From a virus (Duplodnaviria; Caudoviricetes): 64,000 nucleotides of DNA. This document shows, in pieces, positions 18,214 through 27,186 of the stretch. Location: positions 288,001 through 352,000 of IMG/VR virus record IMGVR_UViG_3300021431_000075; one strand, 5' to 3'. The notes beneath the pieces were generated by a model. The model was not told the DNA's origin. It saw only the letters and a program-made list of their open reading frames with translations, and searched no databases. The translations under genes were made by a program, and so were the position numbers. Position 1 is the first letter of the stretch; each line of letters starts with the position of its first letter.

Positions 18214-19887
18214 ATGTTTGCATATAAGTTCTTGAACGAGAGCATTCTCGACAATGTTGAAACTGATGATGTTGAAGATGTTGATATAGAAACAGAAGAT
18301 AGTTTTGATGGTGAAGAACCTTTTGTTTGGGTTTTTAATTACAAGCAAACTGTTCCGTCATGCACAAGGGATTATATCAATAAGATACTGGCAAGCAGCG
18401 AGTGTGTTGGAAAGTTTGACGAACTTATGTTTAATGATGACTATATTGCAGGCATTGGAACGGTAAAGAATTCGATAATCAGCGTCGGGTTCTATTCTCA
18501 CTGCAACGATTTCCGCAAGTATTGCGATTTGTTCGTCTCGCTTCTGCTTCCGAATGAATGCGTTGTTGAAATATACACGGGACAACACTACCGTTCCGGT
18601 TCGGAAATCGTACTGAATTTCAGGAACGGCGAGCTGTCCGAAACGGAGCGTCAGATGAGAAGCGACATAGAAATCTCATCGTTTCAAAATTTCGTCAACT
18701 TCTTTAAGCCGGTTGTCGGCAAGCTCGGGGTTTCGGTCGAGCATAGAGACATTTGCTGTTATGTTGTCAACGCGTTATGCAAGCATGACCGGTTCAGCAT
18801 GAAAAACAAGCCGTTTTATGTAGTGGGAACTGACATCGACGGCGTTTACCTGATAGACCGGTCAGGAAAACTGGTTTTGAAGGGGTTCGGAAGCGGTTAC
18901 AGTTTTCATAACGGCTATGCCGGGTTCGGCGATGATTCCCGCGGCTATTTCTATATAGGTCCGGATGGAAAGATTGACATGAACAAGTTCTCCGCATCGG
19001 GATACAGGCGTTTTTCGGATGACGGTTTCGCCGTGACTGTGAACAAGGAGTCAAGGGAGAATTATATCGACCGTGATTGGAACTTGGTTTCCGGAGAATG
19101 GTTTCAGAAGTGCTACGAGTTCGTGAACGGTTTCGGAAAGGTCAAGAAAAACGGAAAGTTCAATTTCATAGACAGGACCGGAAAGCTTGTTTCCAAGACA
19201 TGGTTCGTCAATTGCGAGAACTTTGACGAGGACGGCATGGTTGTCGTGACCGTGAAAGACAAGTCGAACAACAAGGCTTATAATTACATGGACGGTTCTG
19301 GAAAATTGATTCTGGACAAGAACTATAGGCTGTGCTTGCCGTTCAGCGATGGCGTTGGATGCGTGTTTGACGGTGAATACGGTTCTGTATTATGCAACTA
19401 TGTTAACAAGAATGGTCGTTTCATATCGGAGCAATGGTTTCTTCATCCAACAGGTCCGATGGTTGCCGAGCATAGTTTCAGCGGCGGATACGCATGCGTC
19501 TTGAATCGGGATGGCGGGTGCAATATGATAGACACCCGTGGAAAACTATTGTTTGATGATTGGAACAGAAAAATCAGGTTCGGCAAGTTTTCGGAAGGAT
19601 TCTGCAGTTTTGTAGAATATGGAAAGGGTTATGGATTTATCGACAAGACGGGAAAGAGAATCACTGATGAATATTTTGACAGCGTGACAGACTTCGAAGA
19701 CGGATTCGCGTTTGTTGTCAATCTTGAAAACGACGAGTTGAATAACTATATCAACACGAAAGGGGAGCTGATGCTTCCGTGGATGGATTCTGACGATATA
19801 AGCGCTTATGTTCCGAAGGACGGGTTGCTGTTCAACATATATGGAAATTGCATTGATTCGAACAAAGATTTGGTTTCTGTGATTTGA
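18214..19887 (+). CDS. WG-repeat protein with ESILD acidic leader
   Basis: FLNESILDNVETDDVED; repeats; C-terminus IDSNKDLVSVI; ATAAATA 18182-18188. Confidence 0.92.
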   Translation: MFAYKFLNESILDNVETDDVEDVDIETEDSFDGEEPFVWVFNYKQTVPSCTRDYINKILASSECVGKFDELMFNDDYIAGIGTVKNSIISVGFYSHCNDFRKYCDLFVSLLLPNECVVEIYTGQHYRSGSEIVLNFRNGELSETERQMRSDIEISSFQNFVNFFKPVVGKLGVSVEHRDICCYVVNALCKHDRFSMKNKPFYVVGTDIDGVYLIDRSGKLVLKGFGSGYSFHNGYAGFGDDSRGYFYIGPDGKIDMNKFSASGYRRFSDDGFAVTVNKESRENYIDRDWNLVSGEWFQKCYEFVNGFGKVKKNGKFNFIDRTGKLVSKTWFVNCENFDEDGMVVVTVKDKSNNKAYNYMDGSGKLILDKNYRLCLPFSDGVGCVFDGEYGSVLCNYVNKNGRFISEQWFLHPTGPMVAEHSFSGGYACVLNRDGGCNMIDTRGKLLFDDWNRKIRFGKFSEGFCSFVEYGKGYGFIDKTGKRITDEYFDSVTDFEDGFAFVVNLENDELNNYINTKGELMLPWMDSDDISAYVPKDGLLFNIYGNCIDSNKDLVSVI

Positions 19888-19982
19888 TAGAGAGTTGTTA
19901 TTATAGTATGTAGATGATAACGGTTTTCTCAATAAATATGAATGTACTTAAATAGATAAATACTATAAAATCTATAAACATT

Positions 19983-20579
19983 ATGTGGTTGACAAGCAAA
20001 GAATTTAGAAAGAAATATAAGATAACACCCCAACATCTGTATGCATTGAAGAAATCCGGGAAGATAGAGACCAAGCCGTCAGTCGGTTCGTCATACTTAA
20101 TAAACGACTCTTTTGAATCAGAAAATAAGTCTGTGTGTGTTTATGGAAGAGTGTCTACACCGAAGCAGTCAAAAGACCTTGACAACCAGATAAGACTCAT
20201 CAAGGAATACTGCATATCAAGGGGTGAGAACCCTGAATATGTGTTCAGCGATATCGGTTCTGGAATGAACGAGTCAAGAAACAGTTTGAACAAAATGCTC
20301 GACCTTGTCATCAATAATAAGATTTCCAAGATAGTAATTTCACATAAGGACAGACTTACAAGATTCGGTTTCAAGTACATAGAGAACATCTGCAACAGGT
20401 TCGGGACGACAATCGAGATTGTGAATCTTGATGACGACAAGTCGTTTCAGGAAGAGTTGACTGATGATTTGATAGCAATAATTCATCACTTCAGCATGCG
20501 TTTCTACGGAAAAAGACGAGACAAGATGAAGGACTTTGAGAGAACTTGCAAAAACGAGTTATTGAATGAAGATAAATAA
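19983..20579 (+). CDS. tnpA: IS607 transposase TnpA (HTH + serine recombinase)
   Basis: N-terminal HTH, YGRVST catalytic Ser motif, SDIGSG, HKDRLTRFG, EELTDDLIAIIHHFSMRFYG. Confidence 0.93.
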   Translation: MWLTSKEFRKKYKITPQHLYALKKSGKIETKPSVGSSYLINDSFESENKSVCVYGRVSTPKQSKDLDNQIRLIKEYCISRGENPEYVFSDIGSGMNESRNSLNKMLDLVINNKISKIVISHKDRLTRFGFKYIENICNRFGTTIEIVNLDDDKSFQEELTDDLIAIIHHFSMRFYGKRRDKMKDFERTCKNELLNEDK

Positions 20580-20601
20580 TATATAAAAGATAAAATTTAT
20601 A

Positions 20602-21855
20602 ATGATAAGGTCTTGGAGTATAGTGACAGAAGCAAACGACATCATTCATGGAATGATGTCGGAAGCGTTGTCCATATATGACAAGGCGCTGTACTTCCAG
20701 CGACAAAGATACTTCGAGACAAAAAAGCAGGGAGACATAAAGACATATGATTATAATGACTTGTACGAGCTGGTGAAAGAAACCGACGTGTTCAAGAACT
20801 CGAAACTGGACTATGTTCTTCGTCAGAATCAGATAAGGGAAGTTATAGCGAACTGGAACAAGTATATCAAGGCTGTGATAAGGTACAAGGAGCATCCAGA
20901 ACTGTTCGACAAAAAGCCGAGGATACCGAACTACTTGTATAAGCGCAAGAATTATACGTCAGTATATGTAGACAGTTCGAGGTTCAGAAAGGGAAAGAAG
21001 AAGATAGAACACTCGATTACCTTGCCTTGTACAACGGAATGTATTGTGATTCCAAGACAGATAGACATCAAGAGCATACACCAATTGATACTGAAGCCGT
21101 ACTACGGCAAAGTGAAGATTTGCATCATATTCAATGAAAAAACAAAGAAAATAAAAATAGATTCAGACAAGCGTTCAGCAATCGGGATAGATATTGGATT
21201 GAACAACTTCTGTGCCATAACTTCAAACGACAAGAGCATTTCTTATGTCGTTAAGGGTGGTCCGCTGAAGAGCATCAACCAGTACTACAACAAGAAGAGA
21301 GCGGAACTGTACTCTGAACTTGCAAATTGCAACAAGAATCAAGATTCAAGCCATGCTTTGGACAGACTCTCCATGAAGCGCAAGCACAAGATGTACAACT
21401 TCATACATGCTGTTGCAAACAGAATCATAATGCTCTGCATAGAGAACAGGATTTCAACCATCTACATTGGTCACAACAAGGGATGGAAGCAGAATGCAAA
21501 TCTTGGTCGCAGAAACAACCAGAACTTCGTTTCTGTTCCGTTCAATGAACTGATTAATACGTTGCAGGACAAGGCGAAGCGTTACGAGAATCTTAAGGTG
21601 GTTGTAGTTGAAGAAAGCTACACAAGCAAGTGCGATCACTTGGCTTACGAGACTATGGAACACCATGACACGTATCTTGGAAAGCGAATCAAGAGAGGAC
21701 TGTTCAAGAGTTCGACTGGAAAGGAACTCAACGCTGACATAAACGGTGCCATAGGAATCTTGAGGAAAGGAAATGCAATCTCGGATGTTCAACTTAAGAA
21801 CTTACGGGATAGAGGCGATGTTGTATCGCCAGAGGTGTTGAGAATCAACCCTTAA
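20602..21855 (+). CDS. tnpB: TnpB RNA-guided endonuclease
   Basis: RuvC-I AIGIDIGLNN, IGHNKGWKQ, EESYTSK, RIKRGLF, RuvC-III NADINGAIGI. Confidence 0.93.
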   Translation: MIRSWSIVTEANDIIHGMMSEALSIYDKALYFQRQRYFETKKQGDIKTYDYNDLYELVKETDVFKNSKLDYVLRQNQIREVIANWNKYIKAVIRYKEHPELFDKKPRIPNYLYKRKNYTSVYVDSSRFRKGKKKIEHSITLPCTTECIVIPRQIDIKSIHQLILKPYYGKVKICIIFNEKTKKIKIDSDKRSAIGIDIGLNNFCAITSNDKSISYVVKGGPLKSINQYYNKKRAELYSELANCNKNQDSSHALDRLSMKRKHKMYNFIHAVANRIIMLCIENRISTIYIGHNKGWKQNANLGRRNNQNFVSVPFNELINTLQDKAKRYENLKVVVVEESYTSKCDHLAYETMEHHDTYLGKRIKRGLFKSSTGKELNADINGAIGILRKGNAISDVQLKNLRDRGDVVSPEVLRINP

Positions 21856-21928
21856 ATAAAAACATATAGTTTATATTCTTTATATAAATGTATGTTTTTA
21901 ATACAATATAAACCATGCTGTTGGAAAA
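21800..21928 (+). ncRNA. Predicted omegaRNA (scaffold overlapping tnpB 3' end, guide from right flank)
   Basis: Hairpins GGCGAT..ATCGCC (21814-21830) and AAAAACATA..TATGTTTTT (21858-21899) just before the right end; 5' boundary unknown. Confidence 0.55.
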
Positions 21929-23802
21929 TGTCTGCATATAAGTTACTGAATGAAAGCCTTCTTGATGATGTTGATGCTGATGAAGTAGAAGATGTCGAAA
22001 ATGATGTTTCCATTGGATTTTCATTAACGATAAAAGCTGCACGCAAAATCACAGATAAAGAATATGTCAAGTCTTTTCGTGAACATATGCGATTCGCCGC
22101 CGGACGGTTCAGCGATTCGGGATGTCAGGTTGGTTTGGATGTGAACGTGATGAAATCTGATTATCTGGAAGGGAAAATAAAGATACAGAGAAATCTTTAT
22201 GTTTATGATTTTTGCAATTTGTTTGTGCAGATGTTTTTCCCGAATGGTTGTAGCTGTTTCGGAAGCATCGGTTATGTTAACTTAGATTTGGAAGTGGCAA
22301 TAGCAGGCGATGAATATGTGAAGTGTATGTTTGTAGACAAAGAAGAAAAGAAGACATTGAATATAAGCAAAACGTCAACGTTTTTAAGTTTCTTTCATGT
22401 GTTGTTTCCTGAAGAAAAAGATGATTCGATCATCAAGTCTTTTGTAAGTGCATTTAAAAACTGGAAGAAAGAGAAAGGGGAAGCGATTGAAATATGCTTT
22501 GATTATGAAGGACGCGATAGAACTTATTTCATATATGCAAACGGAAATATGCTTTCTGATATGCATTTTTATGAAGTTGAAGATTTCAAAGAAGGTTTTG
22601 CACAAGTCAAGAAGAACGACAAATGGAATTTCATAGACACGGGCGGAAATTGTATTTCAAAAGACTGGTTTGATTATGTCGGTAATATTCAAGAAGGTTT
22701 TGCTCCAGTCGTGGAGAAAGGCAAATGGAATTTTATAGACATGGACGGAAATCGCATTTCAAAAGAATGGTTTGATTTTGTCGGTGTTTTCCAAGAAGGT
22801 TTTGCACTGGTCAAGAAGAACGGCAAAAGTAATCTCATAGATACAAGCGGAAAAATCATCTTGAATGACTGGTTTGATTATGTCGGCGCTTTTCAAGAAG
22901 GTTTTGTAAGAGTCATGAAAGGTAGTGAATGGAATTTCATAGACATGAATGGAAATTTTATTTCAAAAGAATGGTTTGATTTTGATGATGTTTTTGATTT
23001 TCAAAAAGGTTTTGCAAAAGTCTATAAAGATGGTAAATATAATTTCTTAGATACAAGCGGAAAATGCATTTCAAAAGACTGGTTTGATTGTGTCGGTGTT
23101 TTCCAAGAAGGTTTTGCACAAGTCAAGAAGGACGGCAAATGGAATTTTATAGGCACAAATGGAAAATGCATCTCGAATGAGTGGTTTGAACGTGTCGGTA
23201 ATTTTCAAGACGGTTTTGGATGTGTCAAGAAAGATGGTAAAAGTAATCTCATAGACACAAGCGGAAAAATCATCTTGAATGACTGGTTTGATTATGTCGG
23301 TGTTTTCCAAGAAGGTTTTGCGCCGGTCGAGAAGAACGGCAAATGGTATTTCATAGACAAAAGTGGAAATCGTATTTCAAAAGACGGGTTTGACGATGTC
23401 GGGGATTTTCAAGAAGGTTTTTCATATGTCAATAAGAAAAACAAGTATAATTTCATGGACACAAGCGGAAATTATATTTCAAAAAGATGGTTTGATAACG
23501 TTTTGGATTTTCAAGAAGGTTTTGCACAAGTCAAGAACAAAGGCGGATGGAATTTCATAGATACGAAAGGCAAGCTTCTGTATAAGAAAGGGATGTTTGA
23601 CAAATGCGAAGATTTCAAGCAAGGCGTCGCTCTGGTCGTGAAAGACGGCAAGTATTCTTACTTGAACACTTCTGGAGAACTCGTTTGTGACTATTTCGAC
23701 AACCGGTTTTCTGTTGTCCGCATTTCGGATGACATGTTTAGGTTGCAGTATGGTTTGGGTTCCCTCATAGATTTGAATGGGGAAATCGTCTCGCTGATTT
23801 AG
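21928..23802 (+). CDS. WG-repeat protein with ESLLD acidic leader
   Basis: MSAYKLLNESLLDDVDADEVED; about ten near-identical FQEGF...NFID...WFD units; C-terminus IDLNGEIVSLI. Confidence 0.92.
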   Translation: MSAYKLLNESLLDDVDADEVEDVENDVSIGFSLTIKAARKITDKEYVKSFREHMRFAAGRFSDSGCQVGLDVNVMKSDYLEGKIKIQRNLYVYDFCNLFVQMFFPNGCSCFGSIGYVNLDLEVAIAGDEYVKCMFVDKEEKKTLNISKTSTFLSFFHVLFPEEKDDSIIKSFVSAFKNWKKEKGEAIEICFDYEGRDRTYFIYANGNMLSDMHFYEVEDFKEGFAQVKKNDKWNFIDTGGNCISKDWFDYVGNIQEGFAPVVEKGKWNFIDMDGNRISKEWFDFVGVFQEGFALVKKNGKSNLIDTSGKIILNDWFDYVGAFQEGFVRVMKGSEWNFIDMNGNFISKEWFDFDDVFDFQKGFAKVYKDGKYNFLDTSGKCISKDWFDCVGVFQEGFAQVKKDGKWNFIGTNGKCISNEWFERVGNFQDGFGCVKKDGKSNLIDTSGKIILNDWFDYVGVFQEGFAPVEKNGKWYFIDKSGNRISKDGFDDVGDFQEGFSYVNKKNKYNFMDTSGNYISKRWFDNVLDFQEGFAQVKNKGGWNFIDTKGKLLYKKGMFDKCEDFKQGVALVVKDGKYSYLNTSGELVCDYFDNRFSVVRISDDMFRLQYGLGSLIDLNGEIVSLI

Positions 23803-23841
23803 AGAGCGGATTTCAATAAATATCTTATAAAACTTAAATCA

Positions 23842-25347
23842 ATGAGCGGAATGTCTGTATATAAATTCTTGAACGAGACTCTTCTTGATGATGTTGATGC
23901 TGATGAAGTTGTTGACGATGACGCTTCTGTCGGTTTTGATGGCGCAAGAGCGGTATATTTGAGGTTCAGCAAATACAGGCAGGTTGCTAAAGGCAACAGT
24001 GCTGCGCTTGAGAAGTTTCTCGGCAGGTGCGGGTTTGTTGAGCGGTTCACTGTGGATGACGACTGTGAGTCCATCGGGATGCTGACTTCCGGAATGAAAC
24101 TTGCTGATTTGTGCAGGGTGGTTTGCTATGCGTTGTTTGTTCTTGCGGCAAAGACAATAAGGTCGGATAACAAATTCATAAATCTTGTAGATCTTTTTAC
24201 CATATGGGATGAGAAAGAAAATTTCAACGTGTATATCAATCTCGGGCCTGATGACGATCCGAAATTGAAGGTTGGATACGAATTTGCGCGGTTTTTCATG
24301 AAGTGGTTCCCGGATGTTGGAGAGAAAGATGCGTTCCTGTGCTTTGTCAGGGAATTCATACGGATATGGGGAAAGTTCGTTGACTTTGGAGACATGTTCA
24401 GTGCCAGCTGGTTTCATAAGGATTCGCGTGAGCCGTCTTGTGTGCTGTTCGACAGAAGCGGGAATGTTGCCGCGGATTATGACTGTGTGTTCTGCGACAA
24501 TGAGTTCCATGACGGTTTTGTCCGTATCAAGAATGACGAAGGAAGATGGAACTATGTTGACAGGGACGGCAATCTCCTGTTTCCTGACAGGTGGTTCAAG
24601 CATTGCAACCCGTTCTCCTGCGGATATGGCTCTGTGTTGACTGATAATCGTCTATATAGACTCGTAAAAACGGACGGGACGCTCATCGAGAGAGGTTTTG
24701 CTGAGTGTGGAATTGTTGTCGGGAACTTTGTCTCGGTTCGGTTTTACAAGAACAAGGATATATGGACCATAATCGACTTAAGCGGCAGCAATTCTGACAT
24801 GGACGGTTTCAAGATATTGAGCGACAGGTTCCATGACGGCTTCATAGTGGTCAGGACGGGAAAATATCAACCCGCGTTTATGGACGAGTTTGGAAATGTT
24901 CGGTTCGGACCGCACAGGCAATGCCGTGACTTCCACTGCGGTTTCGCCATCGTCTCTGATGAACAGGACAAGTATAAATATTTGGCGAAGGACGGGAGGG
25001 AGAGCCGATGCTTTCACAAGTGCCATGATTTCGATGGCGGCTATGCCGTCGTGGAGAACGGCGACGGCGGATTCAACATAATAGACGAGAACTTCAGTCT
25101 GATGTTTGACAAGTGGATTGCCGGCGAGTGCGAGAATCTCGGCGGCGGAATGTTCAAGGTTGTTCGTGCAGCGAAGTCGGACGGGCAGCAGAAAGTCAAT
25201 TTCTTGAGTGTTGAGAACGGCTGGATGGACACGCAGTTGGATTTCGACAACGGAGTCAGGTTCAGGTTCGATGACGGGATTCTCATGGCAAGCGATGGAC
25301 TGTGTGTCGATTTCGGTTCGGAGCATGAATATGCGGCGTTGATTTGA
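23842..25347 (+). CDS. WG-repeat protein with ETLLD acidic leader
   Basis: FLNETLLDDVDADEV; WNYVDRDG; ATAAATA 23816-23822; alternative start 23851. Confidence 0.9.
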   Translation: MSGMSVYKFLNETLLDDVDADEVVDDDASVGFDGARAVYLRFSKYRQVAKGNSAALEKFLGRCGFVERFTVDDDCESIGMLTSGMKLADLCRVVCYALFVLAAKTIRSDNKFINLVDLFTIWDEKENFNVYINLGPDDDPKLKVGYEFARFFMKWFPDVGEKDAFLCFVREFIRIWGKFVDFGDMFSASWFHKDSREPSCVLFDRSGNVAADYDCVFCDNEFHDGFVRIKNDEGRWNYVDRDGNLLFPDRWFKHCNPFSCGYGSVLTDNRLYRLVKTDGTLIERGFAECGIVVGNFVSVRFYKNKDIWTIIDLSGSNSDMDGFKILSDRFHDGFIVVRTGKYQPAFMDEFGNVRFGPHRQCRDFHCGFAIVSDEQDKYKYLAKDGRESRCFHKCHDFDGGYAVVENGDGGFNIIDENFSLMFDKWIAGECENLGGGMFKVVRAAKSDGQQKVNFLSVENGWMDTQLDFDNGVRFRFDDGILMASDGLCVDFGSEHEYAALI

Positions 25348-25388
25348 TTTTCGCTTTTTAGTAACTGATTAATTTATTGGTTGATGCA

Positions 25389-27167
25389 ATGAGTAGGATA
25401 TTGAGCATAAACGAGAGCCTTCTTGACAAGGTTGAAGCCGGAGAGGTTGAGGATAACAATCATGTGGATGGCGTTGAAGTGTCCCTGTCTGTCAATGTTG
25501 AGGTCGCTGTTCAAGATGATGCTCAGGATCATGAGCGGACCGGCGAGTATGTTCCGGGAAAGGTTTCAAGGATTCTTGAAAGGGCTGTGTCGTCCGGCGT
25601 CGTCCTGTCGCATGACTTGTCATACGAGCCTGACTATAGTACTTATACTGACAAGTCTGGATGTCAGATGAGTGTCAGTTTCATGATGAGCAATGACGCA
25701 AGTCTTCGCGACTTCTGTGATCTTCTCGTAAGGATGTTCTTGCCGGCAAGGTTTATGGATACCGGAATCAGCAAGCATCTTGTTAAGATTGTCCCGAACG
25801 GAAAGCGGAGTGTTTCTTTCTGTAATTTGTCAGATTCTGAAAACAAGATGCGGAAAGAATTGAGCATATTTAGCAACGAAACATTCTTTGAGATGTTCAT
25901 GCTGTATTTTCCGGATGCATCGAAAGATGAGATTCTCAGAGAGTTTGTGCAATCCTATGCATTATGGCAGAACGACGGCGCGCCGACGAGCGTAATAAGC
26001 ATATTTACGATGGATGGACCGGATATAGAGAATGAGAATGTCATAGTTGACGGACAAGTCGTGATTGGAGAGTGGTTCAATGCGATTGATAGTTTTGATG
26101 GCAGAATCGCTATTGTCAAGAAGAGTGGCTTGATGAATTTTTATGATATTGAAAGACACACGCTTCTTTCGAATATATGGTTCAAGAAGGCGAAACCGTT
26201 CTCGGAGGGGTTTGCCGTCGTTAGCGTTGGAACTGGTTCGATTGAGGTGTACAAGTTCATAGACATGGATGGAAATTACGCTTTTGGCGGAAAGTGGTTC
26301 ATATTTGCTTCTAAGTTTAACGAGGGGTTGTCTATGGTGATTGACAGAGATAACACGTGGCGTTTCATCGACACTAAAGGGAATTTTATTACAAGAGACG
26401 GTTATGCGTCATGTCATAATTTTAGTGAGGGATTTGCTGTCGTTGGTAGAGATGAAAAGATGTGGAACTATATAGACAAGAATGGAAATCTTTTGTCTGA
26501 CGAATGGTTCTATGCATGCGGGGACTTCAAATGCGGCTTCGGTCTCGTTGCAAGAACGTCTTCGGAGTTCAACTATATAGACAAGAACGGAAATATAATA
26601 TCAGATGTGTGGTTTTACAGCGTCCGTGATTTTTGCGAGGGTATCGGCATTGTCGGAAGAATCGGACTTGGTTTCAACTATATTAAGCCGGACGGCAGTC
26701 TTTTGTTTCCTGACAAGTGGTTCATTATATGCAATGATTTCAAGAACGGATACTGTTCGGCTTTGCTTGACAGGTTTTCAAAGTACAAGTTTTACGACAA
26801 GAACGGAAAGGAAGTTTCCAATATGACGTTCGACAAGTGCCGTGATTTTTGCGGCGGGTTCGCGGCGGTTCGTGTTGACCTTTCGGAATCGCGGGGTTCT
26901 TCATCCGGTTGGAACTATATCGGTGAAAACGGAAAGATTCTGTATGAAGGCGGCTTGTTCGACATGTGCTATGATTTCAGGAACGGGTTCGGTCTGGTTA
27001 AGCTGGACGGAAGGTTCAACTACATAGATTCTGCAGGGAGACTGGTCAGCGACAAGTGGCTTGATAACTATATGGAGATGGAACCGTCAAGCGACGGCAT
27101 GATATTGACCGATTACGGAAGCGGATGCGCTGTTGATTCGAATGGATTTTTCATCGCGCTGGTTTAA
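25389..27167 (+). CDS. WG-repeat protein with ESLLD acidic leader
   Basis: MSRILSINESLLDKVEAGEVED; WNYIDKNG repeats; C-terminus VDSNGFFIALV. Confidence 0.92.
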   Translation: MSRILSINESLLDKVEAGEVEDNNHVDGVEVSLSVNVEVAVQDDAQDHERTGEYVPGKVSRILERAVSSGVVLSHDLSYEPDYSTYTDKSGCQMSVSFMMSNDASLRDFCDLLVRMFLPARFMDTGISKHLVKIVPNGKRSVSFCNLSDSENKMRKELSIFSNETFFEMFMLYFPDASKDEILREFVQSYALWQNDGAPTSVISIFTMDGPDIENENVIVDGQVVIGEWFNAIDSFDGRIAIVKKSGLMNFYDIERHTLLSNIWFKKAKPFSEGFAVVSVGTGSIEVYKFIDMDGNYAFGGKWFIFASKFNEGLSMVIDRDNTWRFIDTKGNFITRDGYASCHNFSEGFAVVGRDEKMWNYIDKNGNLLSDEWFYACGDFKCGFGLVARTSSEFNYIDKNGNIISDVWFYSVRDFCEGIGIVGRIGLGFNYIKPDGSLLFPDKWFIICNDFKNGYCSALLDRFSKYKFYDKNGKEVSNMTFDKCRDFCGGFAAVRVDLSESRGSSSGWNYIGENGKILYEGGLFDMCYDFRNGFGLVKLDGRFNYIDSAGRLVSDKWLDNYMEMEPSSDGMILTDYGSGCAVDSNGFFIALV

Positions 27168-27186
27168 AACGTTATTTTTTTAATTT

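Larger units (their letters stand above)
19944..21907 (+). mobile_element. IS607-family element (tnpA serine recombinase + tnpB)
   Basis: Removing it rejoins CAATAAATATGAAT|ATAAAC, the intact paralog UTR seen at 18180-18200; AAT is present at both junctions, so ends are ambiguous by 3 nt. Confidence 0.85.

Noticed and set aside
21928-23802. Diversity-generating retroelement acting on WG repeats
   Set aside because: Some changes are at adenines (AAT to GTT/GCT/GAT) but others are not; no reverse transcriptase or noncoding template repeat in the window
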